Part shown: positions 35,901 to 48,729 of the stretch, in pieces
How positions within the stretch are numbered: the first letter of the stretch is position 1
Layout of the letters: the number at the start of each line of letters is the position of its first letter
DNA from: Heterodontus francisci
Taxonomy: Eukaryota
Assembly (NCBI RefSeq): GCF_036365525.1
Contig: NC_090416.1
Span: 14,852,945-14,916,944 of the forward strand
Direction: 5' to 3'
DNA length: 64,000 nt
Position numbers and translations under genes: made by a program
The notes under the pieces: model-generated
Databases searched by the model: none
What the model saw: the letters and a program-made list of their open reading frames with translations, nothing else
Told to the model about the DNA's origin: nothing

Positions 35901-37415
35901 TTCAACGCAATCAGGCAGAGTCAACATGGATTTGTGAAAGGCAAATCATGTTTAACCAATTTATTGGAGTTTTTTGAGGGAGTTACATGTGCTGTGGATA
36001 AAGGGGAACTAGTGGATGTATTGTACTTAGATTTCCAGAAGGCATTTGTTAAAGTGCCACATCAAAGGTTCTTACAGATAATAAAAGCTCATGGATGGAA
36101 GATTGGATAGCTAACAGGAAACAGAGAGTAAGCATAAATGGGCCATTTTCTGGTTGGAAAGATGTAACGAATGATATGTCACAGGGATCTGTGCTGGGGA
36201 CTCAACCTTTTACAATTGATATAAATGACTTAGATGAAGAGACCGAAGGTATGGTTGCTAAAGTTTCTGATGATGCAAAGATAGGTAGGAAAGTAAGTTG
36301 TGAAGAGGATATAAGGGGGCCACAAAGGGATTATGGACAGTTTATGTGAGTGGGAAAACACCTGGAAAATGGAGTAAATGTGGGAAAGTGGGGAATTTTC
36401 CACCTTAGCAGGAAGAATAAAAAAGAAGCATATTATCATTAGTTAATGATAGTATCAAACTTAAAGAAAAAGCCGATATTTTCACAAAGATGGGAGGCAT
36501 TTCAGAAGATTGGACCGAAAATAAAAAACAACAAAGAATGACTAAAAGATTGATAAGAAAAGTAAAATTCGAATACGAGAGAAAGCTAGCTGGAAATATA
36601 AAGGCATGTAAGTAAGAGTTTCTATAGATATTTAGGAAGAATGATAAAAAAGCATATTATCTAAATGGTGAGAGATTGCAGAGCTCTGAGATGCAGAGGG
36701 ATCGGGTGACCCAGTGCATGACTCGCAAAAGGTTAGTATGCAGGTACAGCACGTAATTAGGAAAGCTAATAGAATGTTATCGTTTATCGTGTGGAGAGTT
36801 GAATACAAAAGTAGGAAGGTCATGCTTCAGCTATACCGGGCATTGGTGAGACCACATCTGGAGTACTGTGTACAGTATTGGTCTCCTTATTTAAGGAAGG
36901 TGTAAATGCGTTGGAGGCAGTACAGAGAAGGCTTGCTAGACTAATACCTGGAGTCGGCGAGTTGTTGTACGAGGAAAGATTGGACGGGCTAGGCTTGTAT
37001 CCGCTGGAATTTAGGAGAATAAGAGGCGACTTGATTGAAACATATCAGATCCTGAGGGGTCTTGACAGGGTGGATGTTGAAAGGATGTTTCCCCTTGTGG
37101 CAGAATCTAGAACTAGGGGTCACTGTTTAAGAATAACGGGTAGCCCATTTAAGACAGAGATGAGGCGAATTTTGTTCTCTCAGAGGGTCGTGAGTCTTTG
37201 CAACTCTCTTCCTCAAAAGGCGGTGGAAGCAGACGTTTTGAATATTTCTAAGGTAGAGATAGATAGATAGAGTCTTGATAAGAAAGGATGGAAGGTTATC
37301 GGGGGATAGGTGGAAATGTGGAGTAATGAGTTCAAGCATGAACTTATTGAATGGCGGAGCAGCTCGAGGGCCGAGTGGCCTACTCCTGCTCCTAATTCGT
37401 ATGTTCGTATGTTCT
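32960..37415 (+). mobile_element. Near-full-length degenerate CR1 LINE (ORF1 Cys-finger/esterase region, ORF2 EN+RT) with an internal duplication
   Basis: CSMWE..VCSK ORF1 start; LSNRFEVL; YLNARS/IAITVTWL/YRPP/GDFN endonuclease; RT motifs; 3' tail (GTATGTTC)n. Confidence 0.92.
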
Positions 37416-37859
37416 TAAGCGGTGGACTAGATTTGGCAGTGAGGTATTCGGTCCGTTAATTTTATTTATCTGGAGTCACTTGTGTGAACAGTTGAATATC
37501 TGAATGGTTCCGGACGTTAAAGAAGGGGGATTATATACAGCACTAAGCTGAATGTAGTTAACTCCAGTCTCGTGAACTTTCGGGTCTTTGTTTAGTGGTT
37601 ACTCCTGAACCAAGTACAATTAAAACAGAAATGCATATAGTGAAATAATTCGTTTGCTCTCATTAATGTTGGCACTCCTCTTTCTCCAAAGGTCAGTCAG
37701 TTCTAGTTCTCAAGTCTGTTTCTTGCGCTGTCCTGGAGCTTTATCTGTTTCTGTTTTACATTATTAAACCTTCCTCATTGTCTCTGAGTTCTCCATCCCT
37801 CAAACCTGTGCTCGGCCCTGTTACAGATCAGTCTTAATGGATGCTATCCACTGTTGTCT

Positions 37860-38170
37860 AACAGTAGGGAAGATATTCCCACTTGTGGTGCAGACAAAAC
37901 TAGGGGCTAAAAATGTCAGTAATAAATCCAATTGCGAATTCAGGAGAAATTTGTTTACCCAGAGAGTGGTGAGAATGTGGAACGCGCTACCACAGGGAGT
38001 GGTTGAGGTGAATAGCAGAGATGCATTTAAGAGGAAGCTGGGGAAACAGATGAGGGAGAAAGGAATAGAAGGACATGCTGGTAAGGTGAAATGAAGATGG
38101 GTGGGAGGAAACCGTGTGGAGTGGAAACACAGCATGGACCCGAGGTCCAAATGGCTGCTTCTGTACTGTT
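37860..38170 (+). mobile_element. CR1 3' fragment
   Basis: RRNLFTQRVVRMWNALPQGVVEVNSRDAFKRKL. Confidence 0.8.
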
Positions 38171-38406
38171 TATTTCGCGTCATTTCCTTGATAAAGGGCC
38201 AGTTCACATTTCCTGATAGTTATAACATCTCAGTTGTGATATCATCTTTGTTAATCTTTATTGCGCCTCTATATCCTTTCTATAATGTGGAGACCAGAAC
38301 TGTGCACTGTAACTCCAAATGTGCTGTAACTAATATGAGTGGAAAGTGGGTCTTTTTGTAAAACAGATACTATATGTGTACGTGTCAGCACTCGACCTTG
38401 TAAAAA

Positions 38407-38419
38407 CAGGAAAACCACA
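38407..38419 (+). promoter_or_regulatory. ETS (CAGGAA) + RUNX (AACCACA) composite site in the gene B promoter
   Basis: CAGGAAAACCACA 191 nt upstream of the ATG; identical at 23135 and 53685. Confidence 0.55.
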
Positions 38420-38597
38420 GAGAGCTGTCTACCTCCGCACTATTTACCAGCCCAGTCGTGCATTTATTAATAAACACAGAGGCCAATTTTCGCAATCCGC
38501 TCTTAATTTCACACCTCCTATGCACGAATCTAACTAGAGCAATTTACCAGTGAGTTACTGGCCGGTAGCTCAGCGACCACCATCTGGGTCACGGACA

Positions 38598-41500
38598 ATG
38601 AGCTTCCTCGGTGTCTGCGCTTTGTCCCATCTCATCCAAGGTGAGATATCCTGACATATTCTGTTAGAGTGGAGAAGCGTTTGGATAGAGTAAATAAGAA
38701 GGGTTTAGATACGATAAGGAGAAACTGCTTCCACATTCAGGAGAGTCGGTAACCAGAGGAAACAAATTTAAAATAATTAGTAAAAGAACCGGAGCTGGCG
38801 ATGTGGGAAATCGTTTTAACACAGCAGGTTGTTGTGATCTGGAACGCGCTGCCTGAAAAAAACGGTGGAAGCAGATTCAACAGTAACTTTCAAAAGGGGA
38901 ATTGGAGAAATATTGGAAGGCGAAACGTTGGAAGGGGGGGGGGGGGGGGGTGGTGTGCGGGAAATTTGCAGGGCTCTGGGGGAAAGGGCAGTGGAGAGTG
39001 AGGACTAATTGGATAGCTCTTTCAAAGGGCCGGGACAGACGTGATGGGTCGAATTGGCCTCTTTCTGCCATTTGTGATTCGTTTAGATGTAATTGAGCGC
39101 GCAATTGTAATCTGTTCAAAAAGTTGAAAACTATGTTCTCCAGTCAATGACGATACAGCGACATGGAATTGTATCGAACACTGGTGAATGAAATTAATCC
39201 AAAACTGAATTTCCTCCTGGGAGATGAGGGAAATCATAGCTGGAAAATGTAGCTTTGAAACAGGCTCTTTAAATCTCAACTTCAGACAGTTTCCATGTTC
39301 CTCCCCAGTGAGAAAACTAGATTTGGCGGTGAATGGACTCGGTCTGTGACTTTAGAAAGTGAGGCTAAAAAGGGCGCAGCCAACACGGCGGGCGTATAGT
39401 TACCCAGGACTTTCATTGTGCGTGGGGCCTCCGATTTCCCGACATCCGCTCCGGCGCAAATTTAAATTTTTTGGTATCTTGGCCAAAGGTTGTGTTCACG
39501 GGTCCATAACCTGACGTGAATATGTTTTGTCTCCTGTTCAGTTGTTGTCTCTCAGACCGTCTTGACCCAGTCTCCGCCGATTCAAACAGTCCCTGTGGGA
39601 AGCCGTGTTAAACTGAATTGCCACACCAAGAGCTTAGCAACTGGCTATGTCTTCTGGTACAGACAGCAGCACTGGAGGGACATGCAGATCGTTTACAAAG
39701 TCCGCCAATACGGCTTGGCAGATGGAAGGTTTTCCGGTGAGGTTGATGATAATTCGGGTAATTATGCTCTGGTGATTTCAAATGTAGAGAGAAATGATTC
39801 TGGGATGTATTACTGTGCAACCCGCAATTACCAGAACATGGCCCGAATATTTGCAAATGGCTCCACGCTGGTGGTTACAGGTAAATCTTCACATCTATTT
39901 CATTAAGTTGTACATTTACACAACAATTAAATTGTGTCTTTTAAAACTGTTAATCTGGGTGCCGTTTTATTTCCCCAATTTAGAGGGTCCCCCGACGATG
40001 ATTCTCTTAACTCCGCCGCCGGCTGAAATTTCCTCCATGGAAAGGGTCCCATTGATGTGTTTTGTAAGAGGCCTGTCTCCCCATTCCCTTCCCATCCGCT
40101 GGAATGTTTCCGGACGGGTTACCGAGGGAAAAACCGATTCTGGGACAATAGACGAGGAAGGGACATACATTACCAGGAGTCACATCAGCGTCCCAGCAGA
40201 AACTTGGAGCAGCGGCATTGTCTGTACTTGCACTGTTCAAATCAACTCTACAGAGAATCCTATCAGTGAAAGTGTCTCATCTCAGAGAGGTAACTATTAA
40301 CAGTGACCCTTTACTAATGTATTTAATGCTGATGTGAGACTTAATTGTTAGCAATGTCGCTTTGTAAATTAAAAGTCTCTCCTTTTCTCTGTGTCTATGT
40401 GTAATTATCTCATCATTTTCCTCTCTCCCCAAAGTCTCATTAATACAGTGTTTAGCTTTCTGAATTTTTAGGTCCATCTGTCTAGTTGGGACGTACATGT
40501 AAGGCGGGAACAAAAGCATTTTGACTCGTCGGAAATTAAAATTGGAAAATAAAACTTCCATTTCCAGTTTCCCACTTTGTCCCTTGATGCCTGCATGTCA
40601 TTACCTGTATTACATCGAATTTCCAGCACAGAAACGGGCCTTTCGGCCCATCTGCTCCATGCCAGTGTTTCTGCTCTACACGAGCTTCCTCCCACCCTTC
40701 TTTATATCACCCTATCAGCATATCCTTCTAATCCTTTCTCTCTCATGTGTTTATCCAGATTCCCCGAAATACATCTCTTCTATTCACCTCAGCCACTCCT
40801 TGTGGCAGTGAGTTCAACAATCGAGGTGCCATTACATTCCTGGGTGTATTCTATAGGCCACTGTCTAGTGGGAGAGATATAAAGGAACAAATTTATAAGG
40901 AAATAACAGAGAGGTGCAAAAACTATAAAGTTATTATAATGGCAGACTTTATCCTAATATAGACTGGGATAGTAACAATGTAAAGTGCAGAGAGGGCGAA
41001 GAGTTTTACAGTGTGTTCAGGAGAATTGTTTATATCAATATGTTTCCAGTACAGCCAGGAAGGAGGCACTTCTGGACTTGGTTCTGGGAATGATGTGGGG
41101 CAAGTGGATTCGTTGTCAGTTGGGGACCGTGATCATAATATCACAAGGTTTAATTTAGCTATGGAAAAGGGCAAGGAGAAATCCAGGGTGAAAAGAATTA
41201 AATGGAGGAGGGCAAATTCAATGTGGTGAGAATAGATATGAGCCAAATCGCAAATTGGCAGGAAAAACTGCAATGGAACGATAAGCTGCCTTCAAAGAGG
41301 AGACGGTTCATGTACAGTGTAGGTAGATTTGCACGAGGGGGAAGGTAGGACAAACAAATCCAGAGTTCCTTGCATGACGACAGTGGGAGACATCAAAACA
41401 AAACGGGAAAAGAATGTATACAATTGAGAAGCAGGCTGAATGTAGAAAGTTGAGAGGGGAAGTGAGAAAGGAAATAAGGAAAGTAAAGAAAGAACATGAG

Positions 41501-43470
41501 AAGAGAATGGCAGCTAAAAAGTGGAATCCAAAAGTCTTCTATATATAAACAGAAAAAGGGTGGGAAAGAAGGAGTGGGGCCTATTACGGACCAAAAAGGT
41601 GATTCATGCATGGAGGCAGAGGGCATGGTTGAGATGCTAAATGAATACTTGCCCCACTCGTGGAGAAAACGAAGGTAATTGAGACAGTGGATGGGCTGAA
41701 AAATTGATAAAACGCTATTATTATATAGGTTGGCTGAACGTAAAGCTGATAAATCACCAGGACCAGATGAGGATTTTTTAAATTCTTCCATGGGATGTGG
41801 GTGTCACTGGCATGGCTAGCATTTCTTGCACATCCCTAATTGCCCTTGAACTGAGTGGTTTGTTGGGCCATTTCAGAGGGCAGTTCAGAGTGAAACACAT
41901 CATTGTGGGTCTGGGGTCACATATAGTGCAGGCCTCGTAAGAATGGCAGGTTTCCGGCCTCAGGACCTGAGTGACCCAAATGGGTTTTAGGACATTTGAA
42001 GAGAGTTTCTTGCAGCATTACTGGTAATAGTTTTCAATTCTAGATTTTTTTATTGATTAATTGAATATGAATTCCACCAGCAGCTGTGGTGGGATTTCAG
42101 CCCGTGGGCCCAGGGCACTAGCCTGGGCCTCTAGAGTACTAGTCCAGTGACATTACCATAACGTCACCATCTACCCCAAAATGCACCCTAGGATATTGAT
42201 GGAAGTAAGGGTGGAAATTGCAGAGGCACTGGCCATAATCTTCCAATTCTCCTTAGATACAGTGGTGGCACCAGAGGACTGTAGAATTGCATAAGTTACG
42301 CCCTTGTTCAAAGATGGGCATCAGGATAAGCCTAGCAACCACAGGCCGGTCAGTTCAACCTCGGTGGTGGGGAAGCGTCGAGAAACGTTAACTTGGGACA
42401 AAATTAATAGTCACTTAGACAAATGTCGATTAATTAACGAAAGCTAGCACAGAGTTGTTAAGGGCAAATCGTGTTTAACCAACTTGCTTGGGTTTTTTGA
42501 TGAGGTAACAGAGAGGGTTGATGCGGGTAATGCAGTTGATGTGGTTCACATGGACTTGCAAAATGCATTTGATAAAGTGCCCAATAACAGTCTTGTCAGC
42601 AAAGTTAGAGTCCATGGAATAAAAGGGACATTGGCAGCATGGACACAAAATTGGTTGATTGGCAGGAAACAGAGAGTAGTCATGAACCGTTGTTTTTTGG
42701 ACTGGAGGTAGATTTATAGTGGGGTTCTCCAGGGTCGGTATTAGGATCACTGCTGTTCATGATCTGTAGTAATGACCTGGACTTTGGTGTACAGGGCACA
42801 ATTGCAAAATTTGTGGATGACACAAAACTTGGAAGCATTGTGAACTGTGAGGAAATTGAAAAACTTCAAGAGGGATTAGGCAGATGGTGGAATGTTTGGA
42901 CACGTGGCAGATGAATTTTAAAGCAGAGAAGCATGAAGTGATTCATCCATTCTGTCACTTCCTCAACAAAGCTCTATTATATCTGTTAAACATGACCACA
43001 CTTTCACAACTCACTGAGGCTGCCTTTAACTGTTTAGTTTTTAGTTTTTTTAGAGATACAGCACTGAAACAGGCCCTTCGGCCCACCGAGTCTGTGCCGA
43101 CCATCAAACACCCATTTATACTAATCCTACACTAATTCCATATTCCTACCACATCCCCACCTGTCCCTATATTTCCCTACCACCTACACTAGGGGCAATT
43201 GCTAATGGCCAATTTACCTATCAACCTGCAAGTCTTTGGTTTAGAAATGTTCCCTATTTTCATGGCGTTTATCTGCGCCACTGATGAAAGACTAACTGGT
43301 TTATAGTTACCCAATGAGTTCTTCATTCTGTCTTAGACGGATGGTTTGGTGGACAAAGGTTTGCTAGGGTGGATGAGGAGGCCACATACTGCATGGAAAA
43401 TAGGAGTCTAAATAGGATGAAGGAGGACAGGGATCTAGGAGTACAGATGCACACATCGCTAAAAGCAGCG

Positions 43471-43525
<55 letters not shown>

Positions 43526-46210
43526 ATCTTTATCTATCCACTTATCTATCTATCTCTCTATCTATAATCTCTCTCTCTATCCATCTCTCTCTATATATGT
43601 GTATTCCTCTATCTATCTCTATTTATGCATCTATGTATCAATCTCTATCTATAACTATCTATCTATTTATCTTCTCTTTCCACAGATGCTGCCAGGCCTG
43701 CTGAGTGATTCCAACATTTCTTGTTTTTGTTTCAGATTTCCAGCATCCGCAGTATTTTGCTTTTATTTATCTATTTATCTATCTCTCGATACATCTATCT
43801 CCCTAGCTATCTCTATCTTTGCATCTATCTCTATCTATCTATCCATCTAGCTCCAGCCCTACACCACTTTATTTAACTATCTTCCCTTTCTCTCTCTCTG
43901 TATCTCTCTATCTATAGTTATCTATCGCTCTTTCTAGCTCTCCCTCTCTCTATCGATCAATACCTCTATCACTCTCTATCTCTATCGCACTCGCTCTATC
44001 TATCCTCAGCTTTGTAAGTGCGTTCCACTTTTCTAATGACTTTCAGCAACTTCATAAAAATGGCTCTGCGGATGTGGGTGACCCTGTCAAGGCTGGCATT
44101 GATGCTGCAGGCTAGCTGTCCTGAGTAGGCGGTGACGGGGTCTCCTTGAATCTTCTGCAAGAGCCAAAAGACTTGGGTTACAGGATTTCTTTTTCAATAA
44201 TTTTTTTTCTCTTTATTTTCCTCTTCAGAGTCTGTACTACACCCCCCCTGCGGTTTACCGATTTATGGGAGTTTGTCGGCGGCGGTCCTTCTCCTTCTCG
44301 GGATGGTTGTGTTCACCGCGGGAAGAAGCTGCAGGAAGCGGCAGTCAGGTACCAATTGTCGGGAGGCGCTGTAACTCTGCGGCGCTCTCAAACCATCCAT
44401 TTATTATTATGTTATTTGCTCTTTACACGTTAGCGGACTGGTTCAGTGTGAAATGTGGACATTTAGACTCAGTTTAAGTTTCTCTTTCTATCAGGCAACA
44501 TGAACAGTGATGAGGAACTGCCGGATTCCAGACCACGTGCACAAGAAAAGGAGGTAAATATGAATGGAATTGTTGCTTCGCGCGTGCAGATACCTTTCAC
44601 TGATATTCAATCCAAGGTTTGACATTCATAGTTACTGGCAGATGAGTCTAGAAACTTCGCATAACAAGGGGTGGAGTCTTAAAATTCGAGCCAGGCCGAT
44701 CAGGGGTGATGTCAGGAAGCACTTCTTCACACAAAGGGGAGTGGAAATCTGGAATTCTCTCTTCCCAAAAAGCTGTCGAGGCTGGGGCTCAATTGAAAAG
44801 GTCGACATTGACAGTGATAGTTTTTTGTTGGGTAAGGGGATTAAGGGTTACAGAATCAAGGTGAGTAGATGGAAGGAAGATATAGATCAGGCATGATCTA
44901 ATGGCTCCTTCTGTACCCCGATGATTGTGTGAAGGAAGGGCAGTGAATGTTATCTATATGGACTTCAGTAAAGACTTTGACAAGGTCCCTCATGGCAGAC
45001 TGGTACAAAAGGTGAAGTCACACGGGATCAGAGGGGGGCTGGCAAGATGGATGCAGAACTGGCTCGGTCTTAGAAGACCGAGGGTAGCAGTGGAAGGGTG
45101 TTTTTCTGAATGGAGGGATGTGACTAGTGGTGTTCCACAGGGATCAGTGCTGGGACCTTTGCTGTTTGTAGTATATATAAACGATTTGGAGGAAAATGTA
45201 GCTGGTCTGATTAGTAAGTTTGCGGATGACAAAGGTTGGTGGAGTTGTGGACAGTGATGAGGATTGTCAGAGGATACAGCAGGTTATAGATCGGTTGGAG
45301 ACTTGGGTGGAGAAATGGCAGCTGGAGTTTAATCCGGACAAATGTGAGGTAATGCATTTTGGAAGGTCTAATGCAGGTGAGAAGTATACAGTAGATGGCA
45401 GAACCCTTAGGAGTATTGACAGGCAGAGAGATCTGGGCATACAGGTCCACAGGTCACTGAAAGTGGCAATGCAGGTGGAAAAGGTAGTCAAGAAGGCATA
45501 CGGCATGCTTGCCTTCATCGGTCGGGGCATAGAGTATAAAAATTGGCAAGTCATGCTGCAGCTGTACAGAACCTTAGTTAGGCCACACTTAGAATATTGC
45601 GTGCAATTCTGGTCGCCACACTACCAGAAGGACGTGGAGGCTTTGGAGACGGTATTGAAGAGGTTTACCAGGATGTTGCCTGGTCTGGAGGGCATTAGCT
45701 ATGAGGAGAGGTTGGATAAACTCGGATTGTTTTCACTTGAACGACGGAGGTGGAGGGGCGACATGATAGAGGTTTACAAAGTTATAAGTGGCATGGACAG
45801 AGTGGATAGTCAGAAGCTTTTTCCCAGGGTGGAAGAGTCAGTTACTAGGGGAAATAGGTGAGAGGGGCAAAGTTTAGAGGGGATTTGCGAGGCAAGTTCT
45901 TTACACAGAAGGTGGTGAGTGCCTGGAACTTGTTGCCGGAGAAGGTGGTGGAAGCAGGTATCATAGAGACGTTTAAGAGTCATCTTGACAAATACATGAA
46001 TAGGATCGGAATCGAGGGATACGGATCCCGGAAGTGCAGAAGGTTTTAGTTTAGGCAGGCATCAAGATCGGCGCAGGCTTGGAGGGCCGAATGGCCTGTT
46101 CCTGTGCTGTACTGTTCTTTGTTCTTTGTGTGGATCATGTTAACAGTTTCTGCTTTCTCTCACAGACTCTTTATGCTCGTTTGGCGTTGAATGCGGATCC
46201 CACACTCTGA
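38598..46210 (+). CDS. Type-B non-rearranging antigen-receptor-like IgSF gene (L-VJ-C1-TM-cyt with TxYxxL), 303 aa; exons 38598-38640, 39542-39880, 39984-40289, 44229-44348, 44495-44553, 46166-46210
   Basis: GT-AG introns with compatible phases (1,1,1,1,0), 912 nt. Leader [14 protein letters not shown]; V ..[44 protein letters not shown]; C1; [41 protein letters not shown]; tail ..[17 protein letters not shown]. Confidence 0.85.
39542..39880 (+). CDS. Gene B V-domain exon with germline-joined J-like segment
   Basis: Canonical Cys, Trp, DSGxYYC and F-A-N-G-S-T-L-V-V (FGxGTxLxV-like) in a single 339-nt exon. Confidence 0.93.
39984..40289 (+). CDS. Gene B C1-domain exon
   Basis: [52 protein letters not shown]; 306 nt, phase 1-1. 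Confidence 0.9.
40810..42950 (+). mobile_element. Degenerate CR1 in gene B intron 3 (paralog of 9600-11700)
   Basis: Same endonuclease/RT motifs and the same nested fragment. Confidence 0.85.
43035..43238 (-). mobile_element. 5'-truncated HE1-like V-SINE
   Basis: Matches the tail part of 15930-16140; absent at the paralogous site near 11768. Confidence 0.8.
43470..44005 (+). repeat. (ATCT)n microsatellite and degenerate extension
   Basis: Perfect (ATCT)n at ~43471-43523 followed by TC/TA-rich sequence. Confidence 0.9.
44229..44348 (+). CDS. Gene B transmembrane exon
   Basis: Long polypyrimidine acceptor, 120 nt, hydrophobic stretch followed by RSCRKR. Confidence 0.82.
44932..46125 (+). mobile_element. 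Relatively young 5'-truncated CR1 insertion in the last intron of gene B
   Basis: Well-preserved RT ([39 protein letters not shown]); TTGTGTG direct repeat at 44925-44931 and 46126-46132; absent in the paralog near 12960. Confidence 0.93.
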
Positions 46211-46759
46211 TCAGACAGGAAACGGAATGCTCAAAGTCTGCTTCCCAGATATGACGTGTGTAGAAAGTTTCCTCTGTTTTGCCCTCATTTCGATGACAAC
46301 CTGGAGATGTGAACCCTTGTAAGAGGCTGCGATCTCAAGTTCTGTAACCGACTTAATGCATTGAATCAGTAATTAACTATCAGTCAGATGAGAGACTGAG
46401 CAACACAGGACCAATACATCACCGACTGGAGAGTCTGAACGGCTGACAGAAGCAGCGCACTTCTGAAAATGGAAATTTAAGCTTTCAATTCAATCTCGAC
46501 ATGTTTCTTCTTGCTCGTGTTAGCATTTTTAGCTTGTTAATTGCGCATCTTTGGATAGCACGTGAGCAGGACGTAATTGAAATAACATTTATAATCCATC
46601 AGTGTCCAAATTACAACTGCAATAAAACAGATTTGAATCCTGAGCAATGCGATTGGGATTGCAGCTGTTTAATCGTTCAGCCCAGCTGTCTCTTTTTGGC
46701 CAATTTACACTACACCTTTATAGAGCAAATTCGTGCGGTTTCAAAGAGGGGGATAATGC

Positions 46760-47195
46760 TGACCAGAATGATACCAGACCTGCAAGTTTATAACTGTCAC
46801 GGAAGATTGAACAGACTGGGGTTCTTTTCTTAGAAAAGAGAAGGCCGAGGGGTGACCTGACAGAGGTCTTTAAAATTCTAAAATTATTTGATATTGTGAA
46901 CGTAGACTGGAGCTAGAGGGAATCAATAAAATCGTCACTAATAAATCCAATGGGGAATTCAGGAGAAAATTCTTTCCCCAGAGAGCAGTGAGAATGTGGA
47001 ACTCGCTACCACAGGGAGTGGTTGAGGTGAATAGCAAAGATGCATTTAAGGGGAAGCTGGATAAACACATGAGGGAGAAAGGAATAGAAGGATATGTTGA
47101 TATGGTGAGATGAAGAGGCGGTGGGAGGAGGCACGTGTGAAGCAGAAGCAGTTAGAAGGAGTAGTTGGGCCGAATGGCTTGTTTTCTGTACTGTA
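46760..47195 (+). mobile_element. CR1 3' fragment
   Basis: Paralog of 13590-14040. Confidence 0.8.
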
Positions 47196-48729
47196 AATAA
47201 TTTTTAACTTTGTAAAGCAGAACAAACGAGTAGAGCCTGAATCCCTTAATACCCTTTCCCAACATAAGATGAAATGGACACCAGCCTGAAAATCATTTTT
47301 GGTGAGAGAGTTCCAGATTTCCACTCCCCTTTGTGTGAAGAAGTGCTTCCTGACATCATCCCTGAACAGCTTGGCTCTAGTTTTAAGGTTCTGCCCCCCG
47401 TGTTCTGGACTCCCCCCACCAGGGAAAATAGTTTCTCTCTATCTACCCTGTCAACTCAGTTAATCAGCTTAAACCCCTCAATCAGATCACCCCTTGATAT
47501 TCTTTTCTCGATTGAATACAAGTCTAGTCTTTGCAACTTGTCCTTATATTTTAACCCCGTTTGCCCCAATATCGTCCGGATGAATTTAGATCCACTTTAT
47601 ATAACCATGCAATACAATCTAACCTCACATTTAAAAAAAACTCGATTGTTAAGAGTTCATTCAAATCCTCAAGAGATTTATTGGGCAGTTTCTGGGAGAT
47701 GGATATTGATAGAGCCTTTGCCTGGAAATGTTTCTACTGCTCCTGAAACTCATCGTGTTGTATCTGCTGATTCTAGAGTAATCAGAACGGGAAGACTTAG
47801 ACTGATCTGACTATGATGGGTAAAGCACGATAACCACACATGGTGTAATCCTGTGCAAAGCTGGGATTAGTAAAATAGCAACCGGAGACGGAAAAAGACC
47901 AAACTCCATTTGGATCACCTTCTCCCATCCAGCTCGCCACATTATACATCGATAATGCGGTTGCCATGGCAATGCATCTCTGTTAATGAGTCCACAACAG
48001 ACATGAGGCAAGGGAGGCCCCAGTGGTGGAGAGTTTTGCAACCCTAGCTCCAAAGTCACCTGTTCTTCTCAAACACACTACACTCACCATATGTCTCTGA
48101 TATGTAGTCATGAAATTACACAAAAAGCAAAACACACCATCCACAGGTAAAATGGAAGCAAACACAGTTTCCTGCAGCTCTGCCCGTATTGCCCTCCTGC
48201 TGTGTTTTTATGCTGTAAATGAATAAGCCTATCACATCCCAGACAAGGAATCTCGCCACTAACAGTATCTCAATCCAGGACCAATACTGTCTGTTCAACA
48301 GGAATTGACGTTTATCGTAATGACATTTAATTATAAGCTAATTATCGATTAACTCTGGTGCACAATTTATTTTATTTACAAACAGGCGTTCGTCAAAAAT
48401 CACAATCCTGTCAGTGACTGGAGCTACAGGATCAGCAGAAAAGCCTCAGAGAAAACTCAAACAGGAAAAGCCCTGATTCTTTGCTTAAATGTTTTTCACA
48501 CTTGAATTACACTAACACAGTAAAGCATCCTTAACAATCCTGAAAACTCATTATTTTACATTTAACAAAAACAGCCGGACAGTCTTTGTAAACCCTGGCC
48601 AGTGCATAGAGACAGGTTTAGGTATTTGATGGAAGTTTCCTTGGCACCATTCCCATTTCCGCAAGGCTCTTGGTTCTTTTGAAAATCCTGTCTCCTCCAT
48701 AATTCACCGGATAGAAAACATCCGGCTTC

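Noticed and set aside
38598-46210. Calling the genes bona fide IgL or TCR chains
   Set aside because: IgL has no TM or tail; TCR TMs have basic residues and short tails; there are no RSS or separate J segments.
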